From the NCBI GenBank assembly GCA_951406725.2, contig OX597816.1, forward strand, positions 150,350,001 to 150,414,000: 64,000 bases of DNA. Direction: 5' to 3'. Shown one piece after another: positions 26,068 through 37,970 of the stretch (the first letter of the stretch is position 1; every line of letters starts with the position of its first letter). The translations under genes and the position numbers were made by a program. The notes below the pieces were generated by a model. The model made no database searches and was not told the DNA's origin. It worked only from the letters and a program-made list of their open reading frames with translations. The stretch comes from Octopus vulgaris. Its lineage: Eukaryota.

Positions 26068-26113
26068 AACACAACATTTCAGCTGATATACCCTCCAACC
26101 TTCATCAGGTGTC
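26068..26113 (-). ncRNA. Minimal hammerhead-like motif, decayed copy
   Basis: gacac-CTGATGA-A-GGTTG..CAGCT-GAAA-TG-TT-gtgtt; differs from the right-arm copy by transitions, including CpG-type changes. Confidence 0.5.
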
Positions 26114-26189
26114 TTGGGGAAATTTCGAACCTGGGTTCTCATTTCCATTTCTAAGGTATTTTTCAATGTTGTTGTTGTTATTATTATTA

Positions 26190-26221
<32 letters not shown>

Positions 26222-26695
26222 GAGTGAGAGAGCAGTGCATGCCATCAAAGTGACACTGGGGTAAAATATACGAAGCCCAGCATACCCATCATGACTACCC
26301 GTCTGATAAGGGTACACCAGGCACATGCATCACAACCATATGTGCGCGACATGGTGATCTCATATCAAGATAAACAGCACATGACCTTGCAGGTGGGGCC
26401 CAGTTAGAATTTTCTTCAGGTCGAGTAGCCCATCCTACTCAAAAGGTCCCTGAATAAGGGTTGCTTTAGGATGTTGAATGAAACACCTATGTTTCCAGAG
26501 GTGAATTATTCAAACTCCAAAGAATCCCTCTCAACACATGGCTATGATGCTCCCCCACTACTTCTGCTCGTGATCAGAGATGCACGTATTGTCAGCCACT
26601 AAGGGACATGCTCAACTGGTTAAGGTCAAACAACTGACAAGCAAATCTGTGGTATTGAGCAGAATGTTTGCTGTAGCCCATCTTTTATACCAAGA

Positions 26696-26697
<2 letters not shown>
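26222..26697. mobile_element. ~476-bp unclassified insertion inside a (TTA)n microsatellite
   Basis: More GC-rich block flanked on both sides by expanded (TTA)n and absent from the mirror arm. Confidence 0.7.
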
Positions 26698-26728
<31 letters not shown>

Positions 26729-26823
26729 GATTATTATTATTATTATTCAGGTCACTGCCTGGAATCGAACTTGGAATCTTGGGGTTAGTAGCCCGTGCTC
26801 TTAACCATTTTGCCACAGGCATA

Positions 26824-26892
26824 TGGCATAGTGGTTAAGAGCGCAGGCTACTAACCCCAAGGTTCCAAGTTCGATTCCAGGCAGTGACCTGA
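26824..26892 (+). promoter_or_regulatory. tRNA-like Pol III internal promoter (mirror copy at 26747-26815, minus strand)
   Basis: A box TGGCATAGTGG (26824-26834), anticodon-like loop CTACTAA, B box GTTCGATTCC (26869-26878). Confidence 0.75.
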
Positions 26893-26954
26893 TAAATAAT
26901 AATAGCATCAAAAAATACCTTAGGAATGAGAACCCAAATTCAAAATTTCCCCGA

Positions 26955-27000
26955 GATACCTGATGAAGGCTGGAGGGTATATCAGCCGAAACGTTGTGTT
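26955..27000 (+). ncRNA. Minimal type I hammerhead ribozyme motif
   Basis: gatac-CTGATGA-A-GGCTG-gagggtatat-CAGCC-GAAA-CG-TT-gtgtt: intact core, 5-bp stem II, palindromic AACGTT stem III. Confidence 0.65.
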
Positions 27001-30000
27001 AACAACAAACAAGATGAGGACAAATATCCGTCAAATGTAAATAATGTACATAATTCCTCATCTCGTAAATATAGAACTGTACATTTATTTATTTCATTTA
27101 TTTTCTGAAGTTGTTTTTGAAAGATTCTTGATGTGAAATCATGTGTTGAAGTAAATACTGTTGTATTTTGGGAGGGTCTTGTTGACAAATAAAACACATG
27201 CAGTAGTTGAGTTTCACTTCAGTTTTATTATCAATTGATACATGACTAATTAATTATTTTATCATAATTCCTTTGATACAGTTTGTGAGCTTGTCAATGA
27301 TAATACTCTCCTTGAACATGTCCATGATATCACATACTCCTTTTTCTTCGCTGTTGGTTATATGATCAATTTTGTTTTGCTATTTACATTGTGTGTGTGT
27401 GTATGCATATGATTTTGTAATTGGGTATTGGTGGTGGTGGTGGTGGTGGTGGTGGTGTTGTACGCTTTTGTAAGTGATGTGGAATATTTTTGTATGGGAA
27501 TGTTGAACTTGCATTGAACTTTTAGATTAGGATTTCAAACTTCTAGCTCTAACTACTTTTGGCAAATGAATATAGAAATTATATCCAGTCATTTAAAAAA
27601 ACTATTTCAGCAATAAAACAAAAGCTTGATTTGGCCATTACATGAATAACCATTATAGTAATGTTTCCATAAATTCTATTACATGTATCATGTTGATGTT
27701 TCATTTCATAGCATCATTTGATTGTTTATTTCATAGAATGATGGGTTTTATTTGTTAACCATGAATTCAATACTATTCTGTGCTATGAAAACCTTTAAGA
27801 CATTTGTTTGCCAGAAACCATGCCAAATGATAGATCTTTAAATGTGCAACATACATTTCCATTTGGTTGTGTTGAAAATTAAATATTTAAAGTTTCCAGG
27901 AGAGAATGTGCCAGAATATGAGCTGACATTATCCTTTAGATACAGGTGCTTGCATATTTGATGTATAAACAAGAAATCTAATTAATTAAAGTTACACTCT
28001 TAGTGACGAGATCTATTATTATCTAAATGACTAATCCTGATCAAAAAGAGGCAGTGAAGGGAGACAACTCTGAAATGTTAATTAAGATTAATTAAATATC
28101 AGATACAAACAGATCTCATGCAATACTGCACTGCACAGAGATTGAGATGGAAAGGGAGAGAGAGGTAGAATAAGGACAAATCCAGTATTATTCCTTAATT
28201 ACAGCTTATGCAAGAAAAGGTGAGTGAGAAAAGGTTGTGTGATGGAGAGTTGATAGATTATCAAATAGATTATCAACAGATGGAACACAATGGATAAGAG
28301 ACCCAAGTGTAGATATATATATATAAACATCACACCTCCATCACTACCACCATTTTAAGGTTCATTTTGCCATGCTTACATTATTGGGCAGGTCTTCTCC
28401 AGCACTAATTGTGAACAATTATCATGGTCCTTTCCCTTCTCCTTTCTGAAACTAAACATCAAACACCTTCATGGGACTACTGAAATTCATTGAGGTAGAT
28501 TTTCTATGGTGAGGTGTCCACACTTTTCTCTAAGCAAAGCATTTTGCCAGATGTATTTATAGACAATTGGAAACAACCAATGCCACTTGGATGATGGTGA
28601 TGTGCCTTAAAAATGATGATATCAAGATAAGGAGACACAGGTACAACCAAACAGAAGATAACCTGATGGTGGAATGTTACAGAACATAAAGTGGAAGGAT
28701 AAAGTTTGTACATGGAAAAGAAAGAGGCACAGAAGTGCTAATTTGAATGGCTCTTGAAGGTGGAGAGTGCATAGGAAAGAAAAGATCTCCCCATACACAG
28801 TAGATTCAACAGAGCTATTCATGTTGACAGCAGTATTGTAATAAATTATGAAGGCAGAGAAGAGAGCTGATCCATTAAGGATAATTATTCAGATAATTAA
28901 AATGTTTGGTAGAATAAGGTCTGGGTTAGTCACTGTCATATTGACTAGCCCAGGTAGGTACCATAGATGTTCCATAATCTCACCTTGTGTCCTTCATTTA
29001 CAATCTTCTATGTTAAAATTCCCTACAAAAATAGATTATGGAAGCCATATTCATATCACAATACAGTGCCAAAATCAACATGCAAACTACGCACACTTCA
29101 AATAACTAACATGTGGTTTCTGACATGAAAACCTAACAGTCAAAAATTTGGCCTCTACAAAACAAATCAACGAGGGACTGCTGACATAGAAGCCTAACAG
29201 TAAATATAAACCTTTGGCAGAAAAGTCTACATGAATTCAAACAGTATATAAGAAACAATGCAGTGTATCTGTAGGCATTTACCCAAAAAGAAGAACAAAA
29301 ATGTAGGAGTGGTGAAGAGGAAGAGGTAGAGGTAAGGGTTAAAGCTGGCTGTATTGAGTGGGGTGTGATAGCATATATGAGAGAGTGCAGAGAGTGAAAG
29401 CAGATATGTGAGATGCTAAATAATGAATGTGTGTGTGTGTAATCTCTGGGCATGATTTTAAACTTAATCTGGTATTGACCCTTTGTTGGGGAGTTCCAGA
29501 GTTTTGAAGAGTGTGGAATTAGTTTTTAACCACTAATGTTTCCATACCTATTCTGACCCAGAGAAGACATGGTCTCAGCTATGGGTTAATTAGCCTCTAC
29601 AAGACGGTCACTCACAGAGATCCCAACTGACCCAGAGCAGATGAAGTCCTTCAGCCTTTTAGCAGTTCATCTGAGAGAATTTAACTCCACACAAATCCTG
29701 CATCCTGACACTACAGAGCTCATGTTGCACTTGTTGCACCAGACCAATACAAGTTTGAAGGACAAGAGAGTAGGACTGGTCTCTCTGCACAAACCATGCC
29801 CAAAATAATAATATTCATCATGAAAGTTGTTCAGCAAACCTAGATACCAGCACCAACACCTGCACTCTGTTTTCATAAGTCTCATAGCAATAGAGAAAAA
29901 GATGATGGGGCCAGGTAGAGGATACTAGTGGAAATCTTCATACACAGCTGTGTCTTGCTGAACCCTTGAACCATCATTTGTTCATGCAATGCGAGAGTCC

Positions 30001-30464
30001 ATCCACCATGTGTTTGTGTTTATGGTGTATATATATATATTGGATAGATACCTGTATTTGTCTTGTGTGTTGGTATATATTTTCATATATACATTTTTGG
30101 CTTTTGCCCTCTCAACTAGAACAAACCCTTGTCTTCAGAATTTAATCTCGTCCAACAATATCTATCAAGTTGTGTTGTTTAAACCAAAGTAAAGATCATT
30201 CTCAATAATCTAACCTTCCTTAAAGAGTTTCAATTAAATTCATAGATAATACAAAACAGGAATAGAGTTAAGGAGTGCCTAACCAATTCATACTTACACA
30301 TACCTTAATAACTTTCTTACACAAACTCAACATTTTCAAGTTTAGTTTTTAAAGACACTTATTACTTTATCCACATACACCCAACCAAGGTCAACTAACC
30401 ATTATATAAACTACAAGCAATTTAATCTACCCCTCATTCCAGATCAGCCCAGCTCTGAGAGAAC

Positions 30465-30841
30465 CTCTTTACTCTTTTACTTGTTTCAGTCATTTGACTG
30501 CAGCCAAGCTTGCACACTGCCTTTAGTCGAGCAAATCGACCCCAGGACTTATTCTTTGTAAGCCTAGTACTTATTCTATCGGCCTCTTTTACCGAACCGC
30601 TAAGTTATGGGGACGTAAACGCACCAGCATCGGTTGTCAAGTGATGTTGGTGTGGACAAACACACACACACACATACATATGATGGGCTTCTTTCAGTTT
30701 CCGTGTACCATATCCACTCACAAGGCTTTGGTTAGCCTGGGGCTATCATAGAAGACACTTGCCCAAGGTGCCACACAGTGGGTCTGAACCCGGAACCATG
30801 TGGTTGGTAAGCAAGCTACTTACCACACAGCCACTCCTGCA
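30465..30841 (-). mobile_element. tRNA-derived SINE family A, full length
   Basis: Reverse complement of 45385-45808 along its length, with an internal (CA)n. Confidence 0.9.
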
Positions 30842-31164
30842 CTTTTTGTTATTATAAACCTATATATACACTCTACCCATTGCATTACAATTTATATCAG
30901 TGTTTGCACTATGGTGTAATATGTATTTTTGATTTATATATATACGTGTGTGTACATATATATATGAATATATGTGTGTATATATGCATGTGTATATGTA
31001 TTTTTATATATTTGTGTGTGCATATATATAGTGTTTGTGTATATATATAGTTAATCCAAGCATGAAAACACAGAGAGAAAACACAACAATGCGAGGATGT
31101 GGAACAAGTATAGTATTATTGGACGCTCAGGAAAGAAGGAAAGAAAGAGGGTTATATATATATA

Positions 31165-31380
31165 AGTCTTTGTGTCTGTGTTTTTTCACCACCACTGCAT
31201 GGCAACTGGTGTTGGTTTCTTTACATCCCTGTAACTTAGTGGTTCAGCAAAGAGACTAATAGAATAGGTACCAAGCATAAAAGAAGTACTGGAGTCAATT
31301 TATTCAACTGAAAAAATGCTTTAAAGTGGTGCCCCAACATGACCACAGTGTAATGACTGAGACAAGTGAAAGATAAAAGA
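31165..31380 (+). mobile_element. 3' half of SINE family A (decayed)
   Basis: GTAACTTAGTGGTTCAGCAAAGAGAC..ATGACTGAGACAAGTGAAAGATAAAAG; a similar remnant lies at ~24780-24990. Confidence 0.7.
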
Positions 31381-31533
31381 TACATATATTTTCTAAAAGT
31401 TTGACTCAGTTCTGCATGACTTAAAGTTTGCTCATCTGATGTTTCCGCCTCAAAACATTTGATGAGATGTCCAACACACTCACGAAACTTTAAGTCATGT
31501 GGAGCTGAGTCAGACTGTTATTAAATACATGTA
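31381..31533. repeat. ~50-bp inverted repeat overlapping a decayed hammerhead-like motif
   Basis: TGACTCAGTTCTGCATGACTTAAAGTTT versus AAACTTTAAGTCATGTGGAGCTGAGTCA. Confidence 0.75.
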
Positions 31534-31577
31534 ACTCCAACCAAATGTGTTCAGGGCTATTTCCTTTCATTTGTTAA

Positions 31578-31580
<3 letters not shown>

Positions 31581-31643
<63 letters not shown>
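31581..31643. repeat. (TA)n(GA)n compound microsatellite
   Basis: Read directly from the sequence. Confidence 0.95.
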
Positions 31644-32290
31644 TAAGGTAATCTTTATTTCCAACTTAACAAGGATATCTTGTTAGAACACTAAATATGC
31701 ACTTGGTGCATTAAAGCAAACACATAGATTGTAGCAGACAAGAATCATCTGTCATGGATGCTAGAACACCCATATCATGTGGTTTCATTCTACTGAAAAC
31801 CATTAGTTGGAGCTGTCTGGTTATCACATGCTAGTCAGATCTCACTGCTACAATATGTAGAATATCAACTTCTTTTCAAACACTGATGTTGCAAATAGTC
31901 AGAAGAATATTAAGATGGATATAAAGATTATATACTGTTTCCATCACTAATAATTAATTTTTAATAAGCCTGCTGGCTATTTGTGAAACCGGTGTCTGAA
32001 AAAATGCTGATATTCAATATATCGTAGCAGTGAGATGTGACTGGAATGTAGTGATTGGACACCTCCCACTGATGATTGCCAGTAGAATGAAATCATGGGA
32101 AATGGGAGTTCTGGTGCCCATGACATATGATTCCCCTGCGATTTATGTGTGTACTTTTATGCATCAAGTGCCTATATGATAGGATCTCTCAAAACTAATA
32201 ATGCAGTATTCAGTATTTATATCCACATTAAGTTGGATATAAAAATTACCTTTTGGTATTAATACTGCTTCCGTCACTAATAATTAATGT
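31644..32290. mobile_element. Old foldback/MITE-like element with diverged ~260-bp inverted arms
   Basis: AAGGTAATCTTTATTTCCAACTTAA / TTAAGTTGGATATAAAAATTACCTT; TCTCACTGCTAC / GTAGCAGTGAGA; TTTCATTCTACTG / CAGTAGAATGAAA. Confidence 0.75.
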
Positions 32291-34427
32291 GTGTATGTGA
32301 ATTACGTTAGGCCATAAATATTTTCTTCTCTATTTGTATAAGTCTGAGTGTTATGACTCCTCAGGATCAAGGTAGGACAACTATTGTGCTGATGATGCCT
32401 GTTGAAGCTGAAATACTTCTGACTGAAGTTATCTTCTTGTCTCCACAAAAAATAGGCTCTTTTTTCCCAGTGACATATCAAATCCAGAGAATTCTTGATT
32501 CTTAAGAATATCTCTTCTTCTCGTTCAGAGTTCATCACAACTATCATTAGGTGTTTGTTTACCATCTCTTTAAGCTAAAGTGATTTTAATATGTCACGAT
32601 ATATTCTTGTATGCTGTTTAATATACCGTTATTTGACTTGGTTGCTCAAATTCTAATTGTGTACAGATTGAAGGTACTCAAATTGTTTTTATAGGAGTAT
32701 TTCAGACAAAATAAATAGCATTGTGAATTATAGTTTTTATAATAGCATATTTGTACAAAAACAGTTCACTTGAAAGAATAATCAAAGTTTCATTGGCTTA
32801 CCAATTCAATCAATATTCAAAGTGTGATCATTAATTAAGCTACATATTATCTCAGTGTTTTAACGATGTTTCCTTTTTAAAAGACAGCCTAGATGACATG
32901 TGAAGTAGGATTTGCTAAGTGCATAAATGTAATTTAAGCGATCACTGTATTTCTATGAACTTATAAAATAGTTTGCTGTATATGTATAAAGTACACTTTG
33001 CATGTTTATGTACTTTTATGTATTCATAGAATTATCAAACACACAAATCAAAGTTTTGTTATAACCAAAGTAGTGTTAGGTATAGAATATCTCAAAACTG
33101 ATATTTTGTTTTCCAGCTCAGGGCAGATATATAAAAGTCAATTAGCTGATGTATTTATCTGTGCCTTATAAACAATGACAAATATTCATTTTTCTTCTTG
33201 TTTGCATATATTTGAATTTATAAGAGACTTGATTTGGCATTTTACTCTCATACCTTTTCACTAAGACATTATCAATGTAACTGATAAGAAATAGCTGCAA
33301 CCAGGAATTGCAACTAAAAGCTTAGCTATAAAATCAAAAGAAATATTAAATCATACTTCATCCCACTGAACACTAATGTATACTTCTATTTTCATGTTCA
33401 ATGACACAAGTTTGACTGTGTGGTTAAGAAATTTGTTTACAACTGAATTGCTTTAGAAGAACTTTCACTGCACAACACCTTGGGCAAATATCTTCTACCA
33501 TAGCTCCAACTCAATCAAAACTTTGTGAAATTTTATAAACAAGCTGTGCAGGGAACTTGCCCAAGGGACAATTCCTGATCTTAGGTGGTAGATTTAATAG
33601 GTTGACCACTTAGATACCTCTTGTAATGTTCACTCTATTGTAAGCATTCAGGTTAGGTTTCTGGTGTGTGACACACCAGTCATAAAGGTCATGAAAGGAT
33701 ATTGAGTGCTATCTTTTCTCCTCTGACTAAATGCAAAATATTTATGGCTTACTGATTCTGTTCTTATGTACTCAATACTTATCACTAGATAAACTGAAAA
33801 TACATCAATATTGATGTGTTACATTGGCACAAGGTCATGAATTTGTAGGACTGAAATAGCCAATTGGATTCACTTCCATTATTTTATTGGCACTTGGACA
33901 TTGGCGCATGCTGTAGTCCTTTGACCTATTGGATCCTGTCAAAATGCCCAACTCATACCTGCAAGGCAGATGGATATTAAAATATGGTGCAAGGTAAAGT
34001 TGACTTTGGCAGGATTTTATATTAGAATGATGAAACTACACACTGTAAAACTTTTAGTATGGTACACTGCCACATCTGTCTTCTCACTGCCTCTTTTTTA
34101 ATCAATCCCAGTACTTGTACTTATTTCATTTACCCTGACAAAGTAAACCACTGCAAGGTTTGAACTCATAATATGAAGAACTTAACTAAATACTGTAAAG
34201 CATTTAATCTGACATTCTATCGTCCACTTCCCTTCCTTTTAATAAATATTGATTTCTAGCACAAGACCACACTTGACAGGCCAGAGTATTTAATTATATG
34301 AACTCAATGCTTGACTTGTATACTAATTTTATTGATCTTGTGAAATTTTTTAAACTTTAAAGACTTATTTTAAATACCACAAGGCATTTTATTTGGCTGA
34401 CATTCTAACAATTCTGTCAATCTATCA

Positions 34428-34620
34428 AATATTGCTTTCAAATTTTGGCTCAAGACCAGCAGTTTTGTGGGAAGGGTGTAAGTTGATTTCTTCGACCCCA
34501 CCAAAAGAATGAGAGGCTAAGTCAACCTTGGTAGAATTTGGACACAGAACTCGAAGCTGGATAGAAAGCCACTAAGCATTTTTCCCAGCATGCTAATGAT
34601 TCTGCCAGCTTACTGCCTTC
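34428..34620 (-). mobile_element. SINE family B
   Basis: Reverse complement begins GAAGGCAGTAAGCTGGCAGAATCATTAGCATGCTGGG; older copies cluster at ~33820-34420. Confidence 0.7.
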
Positions 34621-35439
34621 AATCTATCAAATATTAAAACTTGAAATGAATAGCAGTGACAATAATTAAAAATTTGTAAAGATTTCTAAAAGTTGGTTGT
34701 TGATTCCATCTTGCTAAAATGAATACATCATTGTTGATGCTGATCAAAACAGAAATGTGCTCATAGATTGTTGATATAGAGCAGGAAATTAATATTGTCA
34801 GTTTCTAGATTATAAAGATTCATTTAAATTATTTGATGGTTTGTTTTAGTGAATGTTGAGAAAAAATATTAACATCTGTGGATTTATATATTTTTAATAC
34901 ATACTTACTTTTTACTGTGGCAGTTCAGATTGTTATGATAATTTACTCACCTGAAATAAGAAGGAAAGATATATAAGAATAATTTATAAAATACAATGAA
35001 TTACAATTCTATTTATTGTCATATCATTTGGAAATCACCTGCTAAGATAGAATAGATAGAAAAGTAAGGATAGATATGAAAGAATTGTCATGATAATAAA
35101 TTTAAAGAAGCATACTGCAAAATCTATTTCATATGTAAAAATTATTGTCAACTGAAGAAAGCATTTATAGTCTGAAATAAAAGTTAGTCGCATGTAAAAG
35201 TGAACCCCCTTTTGGGACTCTGACATTTTTCATATATTTCATATTAAAGTCAGCCCAAGCTTTTCTTAAATAACATGATTTGCTGATGGATTGAAAAAGA
35301 TGTTTTCACTATTATGTATTTTAATGTCCAGTTCACACAAACAGCAGATCACAGATTGACGAATCATTACTGTTACTGAAGTATAATGCATTTGATACAA
35401 AATACATTGTACCATCCATCATTTATTCCATAAGCTAGG

Positions 35440-36205
35440 TCATATAATTCAGTATGATGACACTTTGCAAGGGATGGACAAGGAGGATATCTTATCAGAA
35501 GTTGCCAAAGCCATTCATTGCCTGAACAAGATAATTGTGGAGCTGCTTCTATATAGAAAAGATATCACTACAAAAAAGTTGGGACATCTTTACAACAGAA
35601 TATGGCACAAAGAGGAAGTCATTGAAGCCTGAAGCCTGGGGTGACAGTGTGATAGCATTTACCAAAAAAGGAGCTCTAAAGTAACTGTAACAACTGGCAT
35701 AAAATAACTCTTCTGTCTGTGTCAACCAAAGTGTTCTGCAGTGTCATCTGTACCTACCTGAAGAAGGTGGTTGATGAACATTTGCTAGAAGAACAGGTAA
35801 GATTCTGAAGCAGAAGGTTGTGCAGAGAATAAATCTTCCTGTTATGCAACTTTATTGTCATGCCAGTACTGACTCATGCATGCGAAATGTAGAAAAAAGC
35901 CTGCAAAATCAATGGAGCTGCAGATGTGTTTCACAAATATTACCTTAAGACCGTTCTAAGTATTTCTTCATGTGAGCACATCACAAACGAGTAAGTCATG
36001 GAAAGGGCTAGGGTGAGCAGTGTACCATTACTGTGAGACCAGCGAAGGCCTCTCATGAAAGGAAGCCAGAGATAGGGTATAGGAAGTAAGGCAGACCTGT
36101 CAAAACCTGTTTGAGGACTGTGGAGTACTGAGCAAATATGGACTTATGACCATACTGGGAGAAGATCTCTCATGATGTGATGCTGCATGGAAGTAGGAGC
36201 TGGAC
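35440..36205 (+). mobile_element. Ancient RTE-clade RT remnant (different family, internally deleted)
   Basis: Translatable pieces LPKKG, CNNW..ITLLSVSTKVFCSVI..LKKVVDEHLLEEQVRF*SRR, then C-terminal-like EHITNE. Confidence 0.65.
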
Positions 36206-37970
36206 CACATCTCTGAGTGTAGAATTTTTATGAACTTTTGTGTTATAAATTTACTATTTAATTTAAATATTTCAGTTTTGTATACATAAATAAAGCTTAT
36301 AAATTCATTTTCATTTACATATTTACCATTTTCATCTTAATATCCATAGCCTTAAACTGCATTTGATTACCTAATTAGAAGTAAATATCACCACTGGTAA
36401 AACAGTATATAAATATTTATAAGAGCTATGGGGCTATATATATTTACTAAGTAAGGTATATTTTGATGTGTATAATTATTAAGTATTATTACTGTAATTC
36501 ATTAGGGTTTTTTGTTGGTTTGTTTATTCATTTAAGAGACTTTTTCATGTTACACATAAAACTTGACAGACTACTACTACCACTACCCACCCCTCCTCCT
36601 TCTCAGCCAATAATAATAATGGCTATCTGAAATAGATAGGAAAGACTAATATAGTGTTGTACAAGATTATTACATTTAAATACAACAGATTATAATTTGA
36701 TATATTATGAGTTAATTACTAAGTTATTAATATAAATAACACTACAAGCATTAACTAATTTGTGACCAGAAAGAGAAAAAATAGGCCCAATCATGTTTTA
36801 TTTTTTTGTTTGTTTGTTTCAAACATCAAATCAAGATAGGACACCTTGCTATATTCAACATTATTAGAATATTCTATCTTTCTTCTAGATTACTGGCAAA
36901 TTATCTTGTGAGCATAAAATGGACAGTTCAAAATAGCAGAAACAAATTATAGTATCAAATTGAGTTGGAATGACAAGTGCTCTATACTGTAATCAATAAC
37001 ACAGTTGCCCAGCTTGTCTCCAACTGGAGTATATAAAGTCAAAATACAGTGGTTCACAAATGGTGCACTGGTGTGCATCAAGAGATACCTAGATGCACAG
37101 TTGATTTTCTAAAAATATAATTTAAGGTTTTAGAAAATTTATTCTAATGGTTAAACATCTTGAAAAACTTATTCCTAATTTTGTTATACACCCGCATGAT
37201 TTATATAACACGGTAAGTAATGGTTTTCTGTATTTTTTCTAAAGTCTTAATTTTGGTTTCCAACTTCAGTTTTGAAGATGTAGTTAAAAAAAGGTGTGTG
37301 GAGCCTAAAGAAAAGTTATTGAAGTTACAAGGTGAATTTGTGATATATGATTTGATTTATATTTTCAATTTATAAATTAACGTAAATTGTATACAAGAGT
37401 ATGTGGCACACATTTTTGTATCATAGAATATAGAATTAAATACATAGATTAGTGAGTAATAAAACTAATCAAGAATAATGAATATTATGATGGTTGTATG
37501 CTTGCTGTATATTTATAATGGTTATTGAATAAAAAAAATATATCTACATGCCTGTATTATCATATAACATTAAATAGCCTTGGAAATTAAGAAACAGATA
37601 AAAGTAAAAAATAAAGAGAAATATTTATGTAGACTTATCTGACATGTCAGTGATACTGGTAATAAAAATTTATTTGCAATATATTCCGTATATTAAATGC
37701 TATAGTAATGAAAACATTTTGAAATTTTGTTACCATTTTCTGTACATTTTTTAGATAACTTTGAATTGAAATAAACATTTTTTAAAAACCAGTATGATTA
37801 TTTGTGTATACAATCAGTATAAACTTTATCTTCAGATACTACATTTTTATATATTTCTCAAATCACTCATCTTGAATTGAAATCAGAAACTTTTCTTATA
37901 ACAGGGTTTTAATGCCTTTATCTACTGTTAACACTACATGTCTATAGTATAAATACTCACACACACACAC

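Larger units (their letters stand above)
26024..27080. mobile_element. Head-to-head palindromic element; each arm = tRNA-like head + (AAT)n + hammerhead-containing body
   Basis: 26024-26166 is inverted relative to ~26905-27044, and 26747-26815 is inverted relative to 26824-26892; symmetry centre ~26819; left arm interrupted by an insertion. Confidence 0.85.

Noticed and set aside
26824-26892. Functional tRNA gene
   Set aside because: Acceptor and anticodon stems pair poorly and there is no terminator right after it; it behaves as a SINE-like head
25984-27108. Paralogous small ORFs (MRTQ..PDEGWRVYQ)
   Set aside because: They are translations of the two arms of the non-coding inverted repeat
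29460-29970. More GC-rich block, possible LINE remnant (also 21260-21920 and 28500-28900)
   Set aside because: No diagnostic motif could be read confidently
31048-31153. Possible Penelope terminal-repeat fragment between (TA)n runs
   Set aside because: Resemblance is from memory only; no ribozyme core or second copy in this window
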